The notes under the pieces were generated by a model, which worked only from the letters and a program-made list of their open reading frames with translations, was not told the DNA's origin and made no database searches. The position numbers were made by a program, and so were the translations under genes. From Marsupella aquatica (taxonomy: Eukaryota > Plantae > Marchantiophyta): a stretch of DNA of 64,000 nt. The first letter of the stretch is position 1. Each line of letters starts with the position of its first letter. The stretch is taken from the NCBI GenBank assembly GCA_973895155.1, contig OZ316894.1:17390563-17454562 (forward strand), in the 5' to 3' direction. Below, piece after piece: positions 38,316 through 51,469 of the stretch.

Positions 38316-41300
38316 CTCTGCTTGACTGCACACAAAAATCGTTTTACCCTAAATTTATCCGAGGAGCCCCCATGGAGCGAAGGGCTGTGGTGTCTAAAAT
38401 GTGACTCAGTATGTCACGCTACAATCAAACCCATTGAATGGAATATCCACGATCGAACTGATAACTGTCGTCAAACCTCATTAGTTCCAACTCTCCATTT
38501 CGGGCGCGAGAGATGAACGTGAGCCAATAGAGCTCTTTTCAAAATTCCCTCGGACGGCTTCAGTTGGAACAATTGCCATTCTTTGACAATTCTACGAGGG
38601 CAGAATTGAAAACCAGACAAGAGGTTTTCTCGAAAGCAGAGAATTGAATTGGAATCGCAACTCCTTCACAATTTCATGTAGCCTAGTATCCCTTTCATAC
38701 CGTCAGACCATAATCCTCTTAGATAATGAAAAACTAGAATAGCATATAGGAAGGAAACCAATATTGAAGCCTGACCTAATGCAGAGGAGCTAAGTCCGAA
38801 ATGGTCAGATCGACCATCCTGGGTTACCGTATTTGAATCCGATTTCGCCCGCGCATGCGCTCGCCTCCAGTCAACCCATCACTTATTCAATCACTCACTC
38901 ATATGGTGATTCAATTCGAGGAAAAAGGAAATCCAGTGTGAACTATTTCACCAGAGCAATTCTCACTGGACCACCATTTTCGCTCGAAATGGAGAAAATC
39001 GCAGCCAGTCGCCATTATCCTCCGTCGCACGAATTTCAAATGGCGTTCTGTCGTGAAGCCCCCACATCACGAGTTCGATCGAAGGAAAGGCTACAATTAT
39101 CATTGTACACAACCAGCGCTACGAATCGAAAAAAAACTGCAATGCATTCACGACGAGCGAGCCTCGACGCAAAGGGACTTCCGGCTCTCTCTTTTCGCAT
39201 CAGTGCAACAGGGTTTGCGTCCTCTTGAGCTGCACTCTTGCATTCTGTTTCTTTCGATGTTCACCACTACGAATTAAAATGTTTCAAGGCAAAAGGGTCG
39301 AGTTGGCAGAGAGAGTGAAGATGTTGTTGGCCTTGCTCGCTCTCGTGCTCGATAACTCCGAAAAGCTCCGATGGAGTCAGGGGTTTCAGGCATCACAAGA
39401 ACGATGGCGGACGTGCTCGATAACTCTGAAGCTTCGGCAAAATTGTGAGGCTTTTCGGCATGATGAGGAAGAGGGCTTTTGGGCTCGATAACTCTGAAGC
39501 TTCGGTGGAATTGTGGGGCTTTTGGGCATCATCAGAGTGATGGCGGACGGGTGAGGAATCCCCAAAATGTGAATGCTGAGTGAGAGACTTGTGCGTTCGT
39601 TCACCTCTGTGTGGAGAGCTATGGACATGAAACCGCTCTCTTCATAAAACAATGCATGCTGATGAACGAGCAACCGCGCTCGATCAACTGTACAGTAGAG
39701 CATACGGTTCTGTACCGTACCGTGAACGCAGTCAGCTGAATTTGACGGAACGCAGTTACCATAGGGTTTTTTTCCCCTTTTTTTTTTCTCCTACTTTTTT
39801 CTACCTTTTTTCTTGAAATGAGCGAATTTGAAACCCCCATGGACCACATTCAAGCTTGGTCTTTGAAACCAATTGCAAAGAAGCAAGAGCACTAACACCG
39901 GAATCCAAGGATCACAACAAAATAAATGTAAACCCAAGGAATTAAAACTTTACTAGATCACGGTGGGTCAAAAGCCCACCAAAGATGGAGTTTGACCAGG
40001 AAACACTGTCCTGTCCATCAAAGGGAAAAACCCACCAATCTGACCAAACCCACGTTCCACCCTATGCCTTCAACAAACTTAGAAGTTCTGCTTAAACACT
40101 CCAAGGATCCAAGAACCAATGAGGAAAACCACGAGCAAGCTAGCAACCCAATGCCTCTATCACTGCCAACAACAACTCCCACATGAAGCCGCATCTTCTC
40201 TTTAGCGCAACCTCCGCTCAATGGGCCCTATGTTTGCACAAACAATCAACCCAACTTGTAAATCCGCCTTGATCTCAAATCCCCATACCATTGTCTTGCC
40301 TCAAGCGTAACAGTCGTTAGTAAATAGGTTAGGGAATTCGTCTCCCAAGCTCGCGTGGCCTTGCCATAAGTTGAAGGTTGACACCCATTGGTCATCCAAA
40401 ATATCCCCTCTACTCCCTCACTGGCTGATCCCTTACCTTCAGGACATGCCCGTGGCCCAAATAGCTAGTTTGTCCCAAGGGCCAGAACCAGCTCAATCCT
40501 GACTCTTGCAACCGTCTCCATCGGCCCAACTCAATCAGGGTCTTGAGTCAGGGCCTGATGCACTTGGAACTCATCACCCAAGCCCACTTTGCAATGCCTT
40601 CTCAACACAAGCTCCCTAGAAACTGAATGCAGATTGGATGTTGTTTTTGCATGATCTACAAGCAAGCAAGATTGCCCTTGCAAATCACAAGGACCAAAGT
40701 CACCCCCAAGACCTAGCTGATATCATGAGGAGGTAGCCCTCTTTGAGACTTTCCAATGCATCCAAAAGTACTCCAATGTATTTCTCGTAGAGAAAATAGT
40801 TCGTGGACCATTTGGCTAATTGACAGCATGGTTATCACAAGGAGTTATAATTGCTCTTTGCATTTCTAATTATTTTACATTTCTTTTTACGGCATGACAT
40901 CCCAAAATTTACACCCAAACTGACGCAAATATGAAGGAAAATTGTAAGTTTGATTCACAAAACCGACGAGTCTTGTTTGTTGCGGTTGTTGTTGACGTGG
41001 CACGCTCTGGTGCCAGGAATTTTGGAAGGGACCTCTAGTGGGGTCCGTAAATATCATCATTTCTGTTTGGTGTCTCCCCTTAGTAGCGCAACTGTACATT
41101 GCACTTCACGACTTGGGTTCACCCATAGCCCACTGGAAACACCACTACCTCATATATGTTTCTAGTGACTTGCCAACCCTAGACAAACTTTGGTCACCTA
41201 TGTTTTTTGCCCTCGACCAAGACTCCAACCAAGTCGACTAGACATGAAACCTCGCATGAAATTAACTTGCTAGACCTATAACTTTCTTGTTTGGTGTTCG

Positions 41301-42160
41301 TAGGCAAAGTGCCTGAGCTCATTATGATCAGGGCAAGGCGATGCTCATGTCCAGGCCCTTAGGACTCATTCCCCGTTAGAGGTTCTGGGCAGCTTCACTC
41401 AAGCATCGCCAATTCTCATGCGTTAAGCGTCCATATATTCCACATGAACCAAACTTCATTACACTTAAGCCCAAGAGGAGCTCTCACTCAAACCATTAGA
41501 ACCCAACGTACATTTGGGGTCTAGACAATTAGCCCTAAGCTCAACTTTTCTTGTGGCTTGACAAGCTCATAATGCCAGTCCAAGCCCCTTCAGCGCAACC
41601 CTAGTTCAACGCATTGCCTTTGCTAGAACAATGCTTCTTTGGTCTCAAGTCACCCCATACTTAAACCATTTCGGATGACTATCTTGGTGTTTGGACCATA
41701 GAGGAGCTCAACACCGGAGTAAGCGGCACCAAAGCTATGTGGTAGAGTAGTTGAGTTATGTGACTGCAATCTACAACTTACATTCTTTTTCTCTTGTACG
41801 GAGAACACAAAATAAACAATTTGCAAAGATTTAAAATACCATTTTGGTGCATTTATATTAACTTTAGCAATCTACAAAGATTTTAAAACATGTTCTTCGC
41901 CCCAAGATATGCTTCATTTAAAAACCAAGAATGTCAAAAGGACTCATCAAATAAAGCTTATTAATAAGCCAAAAATGATATTGATTCCAAACAAAGACAA
42001 ACTAAAATGTAAATGGATAAAAAACAAAGATGGGGCAAAGATGAGCTCAAATACTATAAATAATTTATTATACAAGATTATTTTTCTATTTACCTTCAAG
42101 GAACTGGTAATCGGGCTAGCATCTGGTAAAGCAACGGTACATCCTTAATCCAATATTTAA

Positions 42161-42248
42161 TTAAGGGCTCGCCAGTTTCGCTTCTGTGTCATTTACAGTG
42201 TCATCGGTAATAAGGGCTCGCCAGTTTCTGTCGTGTGTCATTTACAGG
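42161..42248. repeat. ~38-bp direct repeat pair in the RPS10 promoter
   Basis: taagggctcgccagtttcgcttctgtgtcatttacag / taagggctcgccagtttctgtcgtgtgtcatttacag. Confidence 0.8.
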
Positions 42249-42285
42249 GCCATGAGTTACTCGCAGTAATTGTATGCCCTCGCCG

Positions 42286-42294
42286 AAACCCTAA
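42286..42294 (+). promoter_or_regulatory. Telo-box (AAACCCTAA) upstream of RPS10
   Basis: gAAACCCTAAacc lies ~230 bp upstream of the ATG. This motif is characteristic of plant ribosomal protein gene promoters and 5' UTRs. Confidence 0.65.
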
Positions 42295-42327
42295 ACCTCT
42301 CCCTCGTCTTCCTTTCATCACACAGAC

Positions 42328-42331
<4 letters not shown>

Positions 42332-42368
<37 letters not shown>
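42332..42368 (+). repeat. (GA)n microsatellite in the RPS10 5' region
   Basis: agagagagagagagagagagagagagagaaagagaga. Confidence 0.9.
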
Positions 42369-42370
<2 letters not shown>

Positions 42371-42516
42371 CAAAGAGAAAACGAGAAAAAACCCGCACTC
42401 ACCTCACAGATTGTTGTGTGCTCTCGAACATCGCCACTGGTTCTTCCAGAGCGCATCGTCGTGCCGTGCTCCCCCACGGAGCTGCACGAAAATTTTCAGC
42501 CAGCAACAGAGCCACC

Positions 42517-43092
42517 ATGTTGATTCCGAAGAAGAACCGCGTGGAGGTGTACAAGTATCTCTTCAAGGAGGGCGTGCTGTATGCTAAGAAGGACTACAAT
42601 GCCCCCAAGCACCCCGAGATCGACGTGCCGAACTTGCAGGTCATCAAGCTCATGCAGTCGTTCAAGTCGAAGGAGTACGTGAAGGAGTCGTTCGCATGGA
42701 GGCACTACTACTGGTATTTGACCAACGATGGAATCGAGCATTTGAGGACGTACCTCAATCTTCCGTCGGAGATTGTGCCAGCGACGTTGAAGAAGTCGGC
42801 CAGGCCGCCGAGCAGGCCGATGGGCGGACCTGGCGGTGATAGACCTCCGCGGGGGCCTCCTCGATTCGGAGGAGAAGGTGGAGACAGACCTCCTCGTTTC
42901 AGCGATAGGGAAGGTTATCGTGGAGGCGCTCCCCGCGGAGCTCCAGGAGGTGGATTTGGTGGTGCTGAGAAGGGTGGTGCTCCAGGAGAATACCGCCCTG
43001 AGTTCCGAGGAGGAGGGAGTGGTGGACGCGGAGGATTTGGCCGTGGTGGCGGAGGCTTCGGTGGAGGCGCTCCGGGTGCGCCCCTTGAATGA
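42517..43092 (+). CDS. RPS10: Cytosolic 40S ribosomal protein S10 (eS10), intronless CDS
   Basis: gccaccATG in strong context. [93 protein letters not shown] is the S10/plectin domain, followed by an RGG-rich tail and TGA at 43090-43092. Confidence 0.97.
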   Translation: MLIPKKNRVEVYKYLFKEGVLYAKKDYNAPKHPEIDVPNLQVIKLMQSFKSKEYVKESFAWRHYYWYLTNDGIEHLRTYLNLPSEIVPATLKKSARPPSRPMGGPGGDRPPRGPPRFGGEGGDRPPRFSDREGYRGGAPRGAPGGGFGGAEKGGAPGEYRPEFRGGGSGGRGGFGRGGGGFGGGAPGAPLE

Positions 43093-45887
43093 TCATGTTG
43101 GGGTAGATGTATATTTACTGAATCTTGTGTTTCTCTGCATTCTAATTCGCAGTGCATCCACCGGAGGATTCTTTGCCCGCCAGAAGCACAGTTGTGTGCT
43201 GGAGAGACGATGGCAGAGCCGCTTCACGGCTTGAGATTGTTGTACTGATCATGTGACAGATTCTGCCGATTTTCTGAGCAGGATCCGGAACTTCGTACTG
43301 TTTCGAGGATGGTTGAAAGACGAGAAAAACTGACTAAACCCTTGTGAGAGATGCTTTGTGTAGTGTGGGCGATGGGGGATATATTTGTCTTGCATGCTGT
43401 CTGAGTGCATGACTCAAATGCGATTTCTTATTGTAGCCCGTGGCACCTTTCGCCTGTTTGAGATCTTGTTTGAATTGCGGTTCTTGGAGTTCCTGGGGGA
43501 ATATATTTTAATTCTAGGGCAGAAGTTAGGGAGCTAACTGCGCGGAATCTGTTTTGGGTCTCCGTTACTCCATCGTTCGTCGAGCGTTATGTATATGATC
43601 CTTTGAGCAAATGGACAGTTGATTACAGTATGAAGCTGTGGTATTGCACTTCAAGCGAGAAATAGATTGAAAGGTTCTCAGTCTTGCACTTGATTGTCGC
43701 CTGACGTGTTTTTTTGGATTCTACTCTTTTCTCCATTGGAACTAGTGTTCTCACGCGAGTAATGTGGGGTCAATGTGAGTCTCGCTATGTCCGATTTCTG
43801 AGTACATTGAATCGATTATTGCAGGTTCCTTTGTCGCTTTTCCGTTACATAATAGTATTTTTTTTCTTAGGAACAAGAATTACAGCAAGCTCTTCACTAA
43901 CAACGACCCTGACTCGATTGAAAGCCTAACCGGCACATGTTTCATGTTTCATGTTCCATTCCACGGCTGGTCTATGATGTTAGTAAAATTGCGTTATCTT
44001 TCCTAATGGCATCAGCCTTGTGGAAAACAATTTCGCTGAGACCTCTGCTGCTTTTCACTAGTGATGCATTTCATAGCAGTTCAGATTTTGGGAAGCTGTC
44101 GTGGTGATGACATCCACAAAGCTTGGCAGAGATACCGTGATGTGTATACAGCATCAATCCAAATGGCAGCAGCCTTGCGGTAAAAGTATTCTGAGACTCT
44201 CTGAACAACGCAACCCAAGGAAGTAACCCATTTTTTTCTGGTTGTTTTTGCCACTTTTTGGTTTTAACCCGTCGCAAGTTGTTATAGTGGTGGCGTCTTG
44301 AATGACTTGACACAGAACTCAAATCTGCACTGAAGGCTACGGAGTGTCGTCTTTGTTAGTAATAAGTGAAAACGGAGTGCAGGTGTTCGGTGCACTCAGT
44401 ACTGCAGAATGATGGAAAATTATCATTGCAGGGCTCGATATCCCTCACTTTGATCAGCGTTAGATGTATAACCCTGCGCTTTGAGGGGATTGATCTTCTA
44501 GAGAGTTACCTGACAGGGGAGTGAAATAACTTGAAGCAGAGACTTTGCAATTTGGTTCTGTTTTCTGTTATGGGCCCCGTGTAGCGTATTATTCTGATAG
44601 GTAAGTGAAGGAGCTTTATGCCGGAGCAGGGAACAGTGTGACATTAGAGTGTTGGTCTAATGAGATTAAGAATGTGGGCCGAGCCTGCATTGAAGAGTGA
44701 TGGGTGTGAGAGGAGAGGAGAGGACTGCTCTTTTGATCCGTTTCGAGCACTGCACCGAAGTTTCTAGGCCCAAACTTGTGTAATGAGAGCTGCCAGGATA
44801 CTGATATGGAGCTTGTTTGGGTCATATTTTTTCTGAAACGAAATCTAGGCTTTCTCTGAAAGCTTCTTCCCTGACACGGGTTCGTCACTTCTGAGACTCG
44901 TACCCGAACATGAAATGGCCTTTCTCCCTCCTCTGCCATCGCCTTCTTCTGAAATTTGGTCGTCGAATTTAGCCTTCATGAATCTTGACCCTGTTCCTCA
45001 CGGGTACCTTTCCTCGAAGGCACTTTCCACCGGACAAGCAAGAACGCGAGACATCCAGTATTCTTGTCATACCTCATCTTCACTAATATCTGGTTCTGGA
45101 AGACCGATGTCGCTGAAGCAATAACATCGCGGACGAACCAAGCTATCGTTGCCCTATCTCCATAATCTAATTTTTTACAATCTCGAAATATTTCACGATG
45201 AGAACTTGAGGCCTATAGTTCCTTTCTCAAAGCCACAAGGCCTCCCTGATTCTACACATTAAGAATGCCTTTTCTATCAGATGTTTGCCTACGTTCCTAC
45301 GCCAAAAAAATTGGGTGACCCCTACCGAACTCCAAAGTGTCACAGGGATACGATCACGAACTCCAAAGTGTCACAAGAATAACGATCACTACAGGAGTGA
45401 AAAAGTGAGTTCCAACGAACTAGCCACGTACATAAATAAAAAGTCAGGATAACCTTGGCCTGGACTCTGGACCAAGCAGAAGCTATCAATCCCTTGGACA
45501 CCCAAACTACCGGGTCGTAACACAAGTAACATGTCCAGATTACCTGAATCGCATCTACTTCCGAGCCAAGGTTTGCTTGTGATCATTCTTCCTAACCAAG
45601 CAATCAGACTTCTGTTCTCTGCAATCGACTGTTTAGTCGCGGCTCAAATCGTAATAGAGAGACAAACTGACATGGTGCACAAACGTGGCCGATGCAAATT
45701 GTTATTGTAGTTTCGATCCACCGCCCACTCCTCATTTGAAGGTTTATTCCTGCCCGCTAAGAGTAGACACGGCCTCCTGCGTAACTCGGCGAATACTGAT
45801 TAAGAAGTCACTGGAAACCGAATTCATGACGCAATAGAAGCAAAGACCTCACCACGAGAGTGTTGTTGTGTGCGACTACGTCCTTTC

Positions 45888-47138
45888 TCACCTCGAGCCT
45901 CGAGGACCCCAACCTCCATTTTCTAAGGGCGTATACAACCAATTGTTTGCTAGACCAGTCGACTGGCAACGCTTACACAATTGCCTCCCCCGTCCCCTAC
46001 ATAGTTCACACTTCTCTAACGGAATTCCTGTAAAGACTCCTCCTGGTATGACGGGAGCAACAACCGAGCGGTAGCATTTAGAATCGAGCTCCAGTTGTAT
46101 CATTCTTGAGAGAAAAATCACGTTGTCACTAGGCTTGTTCAGATTGGATTTTCAGATGTAGATCTCAGCAGTAGGGCCGAAAAGGAATTGACAGGAGGCA
46201 TACTGGCGAACCAGGCATGAAACGAGGTGATGTTCAATGCTTACCAGTTTTACCCCGCCCTTTGCAAAGTACACAAAGCTGCGCAGCGAGCCGATTATGA
46301 GTGAAAGGAACAAGTGATCGAAGGAATGAACATAAAGAATTTGTGACAGGATGGAAGTTTGGGCGGCACAGCACGGCTTGAAAAGTAAATGCAGTAGATA
46401 CACATTTTTGAGCTGAGTGTAGTTAGATACATTGTTCCCCACTCCAAGACACTCGCCGCATCTTCTCGGCTTCTGCATCCATAAGGAAATAAAAAGACAG
46501 GAATCAGGAAGACAGAATGAGCCTCGCCGGCATTGCAATGGCGTGGTACGCTTGATAAAGTGCTCTTGACTATGCGACATTCATCGGACGGGCAGGTTCC
46601 TGTATACATGGCAGCTTTCAATTGGCAGGGTCCCACATCCATCCTACGCAAATGTGAGTTACAACGCGACCTACAACAGAATGACGTCAGTTGCTCTGAA
46701 GATGGTCGATTTCCATGATTGTGTCCCGTTACACAGAATTTGGAGCTATCAGTCCATGTCTGAGTGAAGTATCCTGCTGAATACTCTCAGAACCATGAGC
46801 GCACGACTCTACTGTTGCTTTCGATTGTAGATGGGAAAGAAAGCGATAACTTGAATTCGAAATTGGAAATTTATAGCCTGAATTGGAACCTTTCTATGAG
46901 CTAATTTCCGCCCTCTCAAAGTGACATAAAATTCTAATTACGTTCGAGTACTTGCAATGGAAGAATTGAAGGAATTCTATGACCGTTTGACGCGAATCTT
47001 ACAGAGAGAGAATTGAAAAGAGGTGATACTGACAATGATCTTGCGGGCTGTTCGTGTCATCTGAGGGATAAAAAAAGGGACGACGACGACCGCCAGTGTT
47101 GCCAAGAGTCCTCCCCACGCCGGACCTCCTTGACTCAT
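45888..47138 (-). CDS. Small DnaJ-type zinc-finger (CxxCxGxG x4) protein with an N-terminal hydrophobic segment
   Basis: Exons 47138-47034, 46472-46431, 46278-46245 and 46042-45888 (GT-AG, frame-consistent) give MSQGGPAWGGLLATLAVVVVPFFIPQMTRTARKII/KPRRCGECLGVGNN/LCVLCKGRGKTG/GVFTGIPLEKCELCRGRGRQLCKRCQSTGLANNWLYTPLENGGWGPRGSR. Exon 1 is less certain than exons 2-4. Confidence 0.75.
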
Positions 47139-48040
47139 GTCTTATTGGAGTGCAGCAGCCGTCGTCTGGTCCAGGATTGTGCTACTTAATTCAATGCTAT
47201 GGATACCGAACATTTGGTATAGTCTTGTGGATTTTCATAGCAGTCACCGCCATTTTCGCCATTTCGTCCCCGAGAAATCCTTTAGCTTAGCAGCCTCAAT
47301 TTTTCGTTCACAGGCGTACCAACGGGGCAGAGGAATATTTTGAATGGAAAGCTAAATCACTGCCAACTCCATTTGTTGCGCTATGTCTTATCAATTAAGT
47401 GCTTTGACGTTGCTCTTCTGTTGCAAACTCTGTTCGGTTGCAATGCCTAGGATCTCCTGCTCCTTCTCAGTTGATCATACCTCACTCAATTTCAGCTCAG
47501 TTCCTTCGCAGTTATTCATCGCAATTTCTTTTTGCTCCATATAAGTTCGATTTCTGCTCCAGAGCACTACGCAACGTTGGGTCTGTAGTGAAATTTCACC
47601 AAACGCCAGGCACTCTAAGCGGAGTCTGCTACTGTCCTTCAAATCCAGAGCCGTGGCCCGATAAAATCCAGGTGCATTTGTTTATTCATTTTCTTTCACT
47701 TTGCCTCCGCATCTTTGCTCAATTTCAAATACGAAGACATTTTCACATAACCATCAAATTCTCGGCTCGGAATTCCCGTCCGGTGCCGCCATAGCCGGTC
47801 CAGTGCCCGACATTTGCTCTCTTTCTAAATTGCTGCTCCTGCTTAGAATTGAAATGTATTTATCCTCAACACTCTCATTGGCATTTATGATAACTTGCTG
47901 TGGACTAGTAGTGTACCTCAGGCACTTCACTCCGTGCGCTGTCGTGCTCCTATAATGGCTTCTTTGTCCACCATACTCGATCTCCCGCGGACAGCAGCAA
48001 TTATTTCACATAACATCTCATCAGTTGCAACGATGCGCTC

Positions 48041-48585
48041 TGAATCTTCGTCTCCCTCCTCCCGCCATGGATTACACCACCATCACATCCAACCAACCGC
48101 GCGCTCACAGCGATGAGAGAAAATATTCGCAAATAATTAAATTCCTCCCTGCTGCACCTCCTCACTGAAGGATCTGCCGATTCTCCACCTCCAAGCGTTT
48201 TCGCAAGATCTGTCTCAACTAGAAGTAGACCATCATGCTTGTGTTTTTGTTAGCTGCTCTTGCAGAGTTCCGATTTCATGTGCTCGCATTGCCCGTAACT
48301 TCGAACAAATTATACAAGGCAGACCATCACGAATCTATGGGCGCTTTGAATCTCCGCCTCCCTCCTCGCGCCATGGCTTACATCACTCACATCCAACCAA
48401 CCGCGCGCTCATAGCGATGGCTGTTCACGGAAAGAAAATACTCACAAATATTAATTTCCTTGCTGCTGCACTGAAGGATCTGCCAATTCTCCACCTCCAA
48501 GCGTATCGCAAGTTCTCTCTCGAAACAAGAAGGCCATTATGCTGGTTTTTTGGTCAGCTGCGTTTCCGATTTCACATGTTTCGAT
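48041..48585. repeat. Diverged tandem duplication, ~306-bp period
   Basis: tgaatct.cg.ctccctcct..cgccatgg.ttaca...cacatccaaccaaccgcgcgctca.agcgatg...cactgaaggatctgcc.attctccacctccaagcgt occurs at ~48041 and ~48347. Confidence 0.85.
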
Positions 48586-49223
48586 TTGTGTTCACATGTA
48601 ATACGACGCAGAGAAGCACGATTCTATGCTATTCCGAGCTTTGCAGAATGGAATTCATCCTCTCGATCATATGCTGTTCTCGTGCGCTTTTGCCATTTCG
48701 TTCTTCTTCTGTCATCTCTTCTACTCTCGTCTCTCGTCTCTCGTCTCATCTGCTTTTCGTGTGGCTCCCCGCGTCCCGATATTTTGAACCGCTCTCGTTG
48801 AAGATTTACATGAGCTTCAGCTCGAATTTTTAATTGACTACTATAGAATGCCCATAGCGCTCTGGATACAGGACTTTATTACACTAGTGGCGTCCGAGAG
48901 TGAAAGTTATGGGTTTGGGATATATTTCATAACTCAAGTATGGGACCAGTTATAGAATTTAAAAAAGGGGTGGGGGGCAGGGGGGGGGAGGTAACATTGA
49001 TTGCCCCATAAGGCAGTAGGTACTGCCTCACTTGTCTCATAGCATATATTGAATTTTTCTCAATTCTTGAAAAGTTTCCGTCTCAAATGCAACAATGATC
49101 ACCATGTCACGAGCAAATCCCACGTGTCTTCAGTCGTGGTTTCCGGAGTTCCGGTTCTTGGATTTTTGGATTTCCGGCTAAAGTTGCGGGTTAAATGTTG
49201 AGCCCACGGGCATTCCTTACGGT

Positions 49224-49378
49224 AACCACTGGTCCGGGCTAAGCATGGGCAGGATTCTCACAAGTACAGGCAAGGGGCCAAAAATGTGTCATTTGCGGGA
49301 GGGCTTTGTTCTGGCCGGCGATGGGAGTGCCTCGATGGGGAAGGGGTAGAGGGGCAAGGCTTATCCCGGACCAGTGGC
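49224..49378. mobile_element. MITE-like element with 19-bp TIRs
   Basis: ccactggtccgggctaagc ... gcttatcccggaccagtgg, with one mismatch. Confidence 0.65.
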
Positions 49379-50068
49379 GACTTGCCATGTGGCACCAGGG
49401 ACCATGTACTGGGTATGCCTAAACGGATCTACGGAATGGGGGGCAACTTAGCGATTTAATTTGTTTGGGGGGCAGGTTATGAAATTAGGGGGACAGAAAA
49501 GCTGTATTCCGTAATGCCCTCTAAACAGGAGTTATTGTATCCATAGAGTCTCTTCACTTTTAGATCTCCAACTAGTTTCTCCTATTATTTCATCTTCCTC
49601 CATGCCCTTCTTGATTTTCTCTCTGTATTTTCCAGGCATTCTTGAATGCACAGTACTTGGGTATTCTCCTCTACAGAATTAATAATAAATAATCTCTTAG
49701 GCTCTTTAAGTGTATTGAGGTATTGTTACCAGAGGCATAAAATAAGTAAAAATAATATAAGCTAAGGACTTCAAGTGCGTTGAGCTCCTGTTACCAGAGC
49801 ATTATGGGCCATAGCCCCCCAAAATAACTAACAAAAATATCTGAGGGTTTTAGTTGTGTAAAGATCTTCTTACCAGGGCATTATGGGCAATAATCGCCTC
49901 TCAAACTTGAACCTAAGCTCTTGCATAATGACAAGCAACACTGTAAACAGGACTTTACTATATACTCCATGCACTTGATGAATTTTCTTTTTATAAGTTG
50001 AGGTGCTTTCATGGAATGTTAGGTGATTTTTCTCTATGTGATTTTAGTTGCTTAATGGAGAGGAATGC

Positions 50069-50400
50069 AGTCCAGATTTGGATCAAGAATTATGAAACTT
50101 GTCTACTGTTAGTAAAAGTACGACTATTAGTAAAAGATGTAAAGATTTAGATTGGGAACTACTAAGCTCCTATACTTTTAGTAAATAACACTCACGATAA
50201 CAAATCTTGTAGGCTTTAAGTGTGTTAACACCCTGTTCAGAGGGTAGTCCAGATTTAGATAGGGAATTACGAAACTTCTTTACCGTTAGTAAAAGTAGTA
50301 AAGATTTAGAGGGGGAAACTCCGAAACTCTACTTTTATTAAAAACAATATGAAAGAAAGAAATCTTGTAGGCTTGTAGTGTATTGAAGCCGTGTTAAGAG
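50069..50400. repeat. Diverged ~175-bp tandem duplication
   Basis: gtccagattt.gat...gaatta.gaaactt...tac.gttagtaaaagta...aaatcttgtaggctt..agtgt occurs twice. Confidence 0.75.
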
Positions 50401-51469
50401 GGCAAATACAGGCAATTATAACCACTAAGAAATCAAGCTATAGCCCTCGCTTGTCATGGCTTTTTATGAGCCACCAGGGCATAACTCTGTCCTTAGCGCA
50501 TCACTAATCCTTCGAGCATCTTTTGAGGTTTGGAGATTTTCCGTAGCTATCGGAATTACTATATCTTTTGCGTGTTATCACAGCATAAATAATCTTCTGA
50601 GGTTTGGATATTTCATTGGCGATCGAGAATTTTACAGACACTAAATATAGGGCTGGAATTTTTGCTTTCCCGTCTTCCAAAGACATCACCACAGTTTCCC
50701 CAGCTTCCCCTAAAACATCTCGTCATTCAAGGGCATCAATGTGTCACATATTAACTGTCCAGTAAGCAACTTTACACCGGCCTGACATGCTTGAATATGC
50801 AACGATGAGCATTACAAAGGCTCAGCGGCTTAACAATCAGTATCAGTCTATTAAATCCATGACTCAGGCCATCATCGTAGACTGAATGGAATGGCCGCAC
50901 CTTTACAGAAATATAGCCATCTTCAATACCACAACATTTATGTCACCGAACCAAGCAGTACATCTCAACATGTTCCTGGTAGGGGATTGTATATCTGCAA
51001 CCATTAAACCTCAAGGGTACCCGAAGATATGTTACAAGCAGAGAAAACGGAGCTTGACTCGGCGTGGATTTCGAATCTCGTGCAAAACCTGAAGGCAGGG
51101 ACCCAATCTCAACAACCCCTCCACTACCCTTTCTATCAATTTGATCTCCTGACGATTCCTGGCTACAATCTACCCTAGAAAGGGAACAATAGGTGGATGG
51201 AAACAATCCGATTCTAAAGCTAGTTTGATCCATAACACTAATTAGACCAAGGCAAGACTGTAAAGGAACCGATGGGCTTTCCTTCGCTCGTTCTTGCCAC
51301 ATAAAAACTGTCCTACGAAAGGAGCTTGGACTTTCCATGCCCAAAAAAATCCACGAGCAGGCAAGACAACTCTTTTTGTCCAACCCAATGACACTTCAGA
51401 AAAACGAAGCCATCAACTGAGGATACTTCAGTTGATTTCAATATTTCAGTAACACAAATAGAACCCTGG

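Noticed and set aside
39850-41800. Possible degraded LINE or other retroelement (a WNVGL-like peptide at ~40050)
   Set aside because: No sustained endonuclease or RT motif could be read, so it is left unannotated.
42418-42516. N-terminal extension of RPS10 in the ORF track
   Set aside because: It starts at a non-ATG codon; the conserved protein begins at the Kozak ATG at 42517.
46550-46643. Extra exon of the zinc-finger gene (MDVGPCQLK...STLSS)
   Set aside because: Not needed: exon 1 joins the KPRRC exon in phase 0. It remains possible as an alternative exon but is unsupported.
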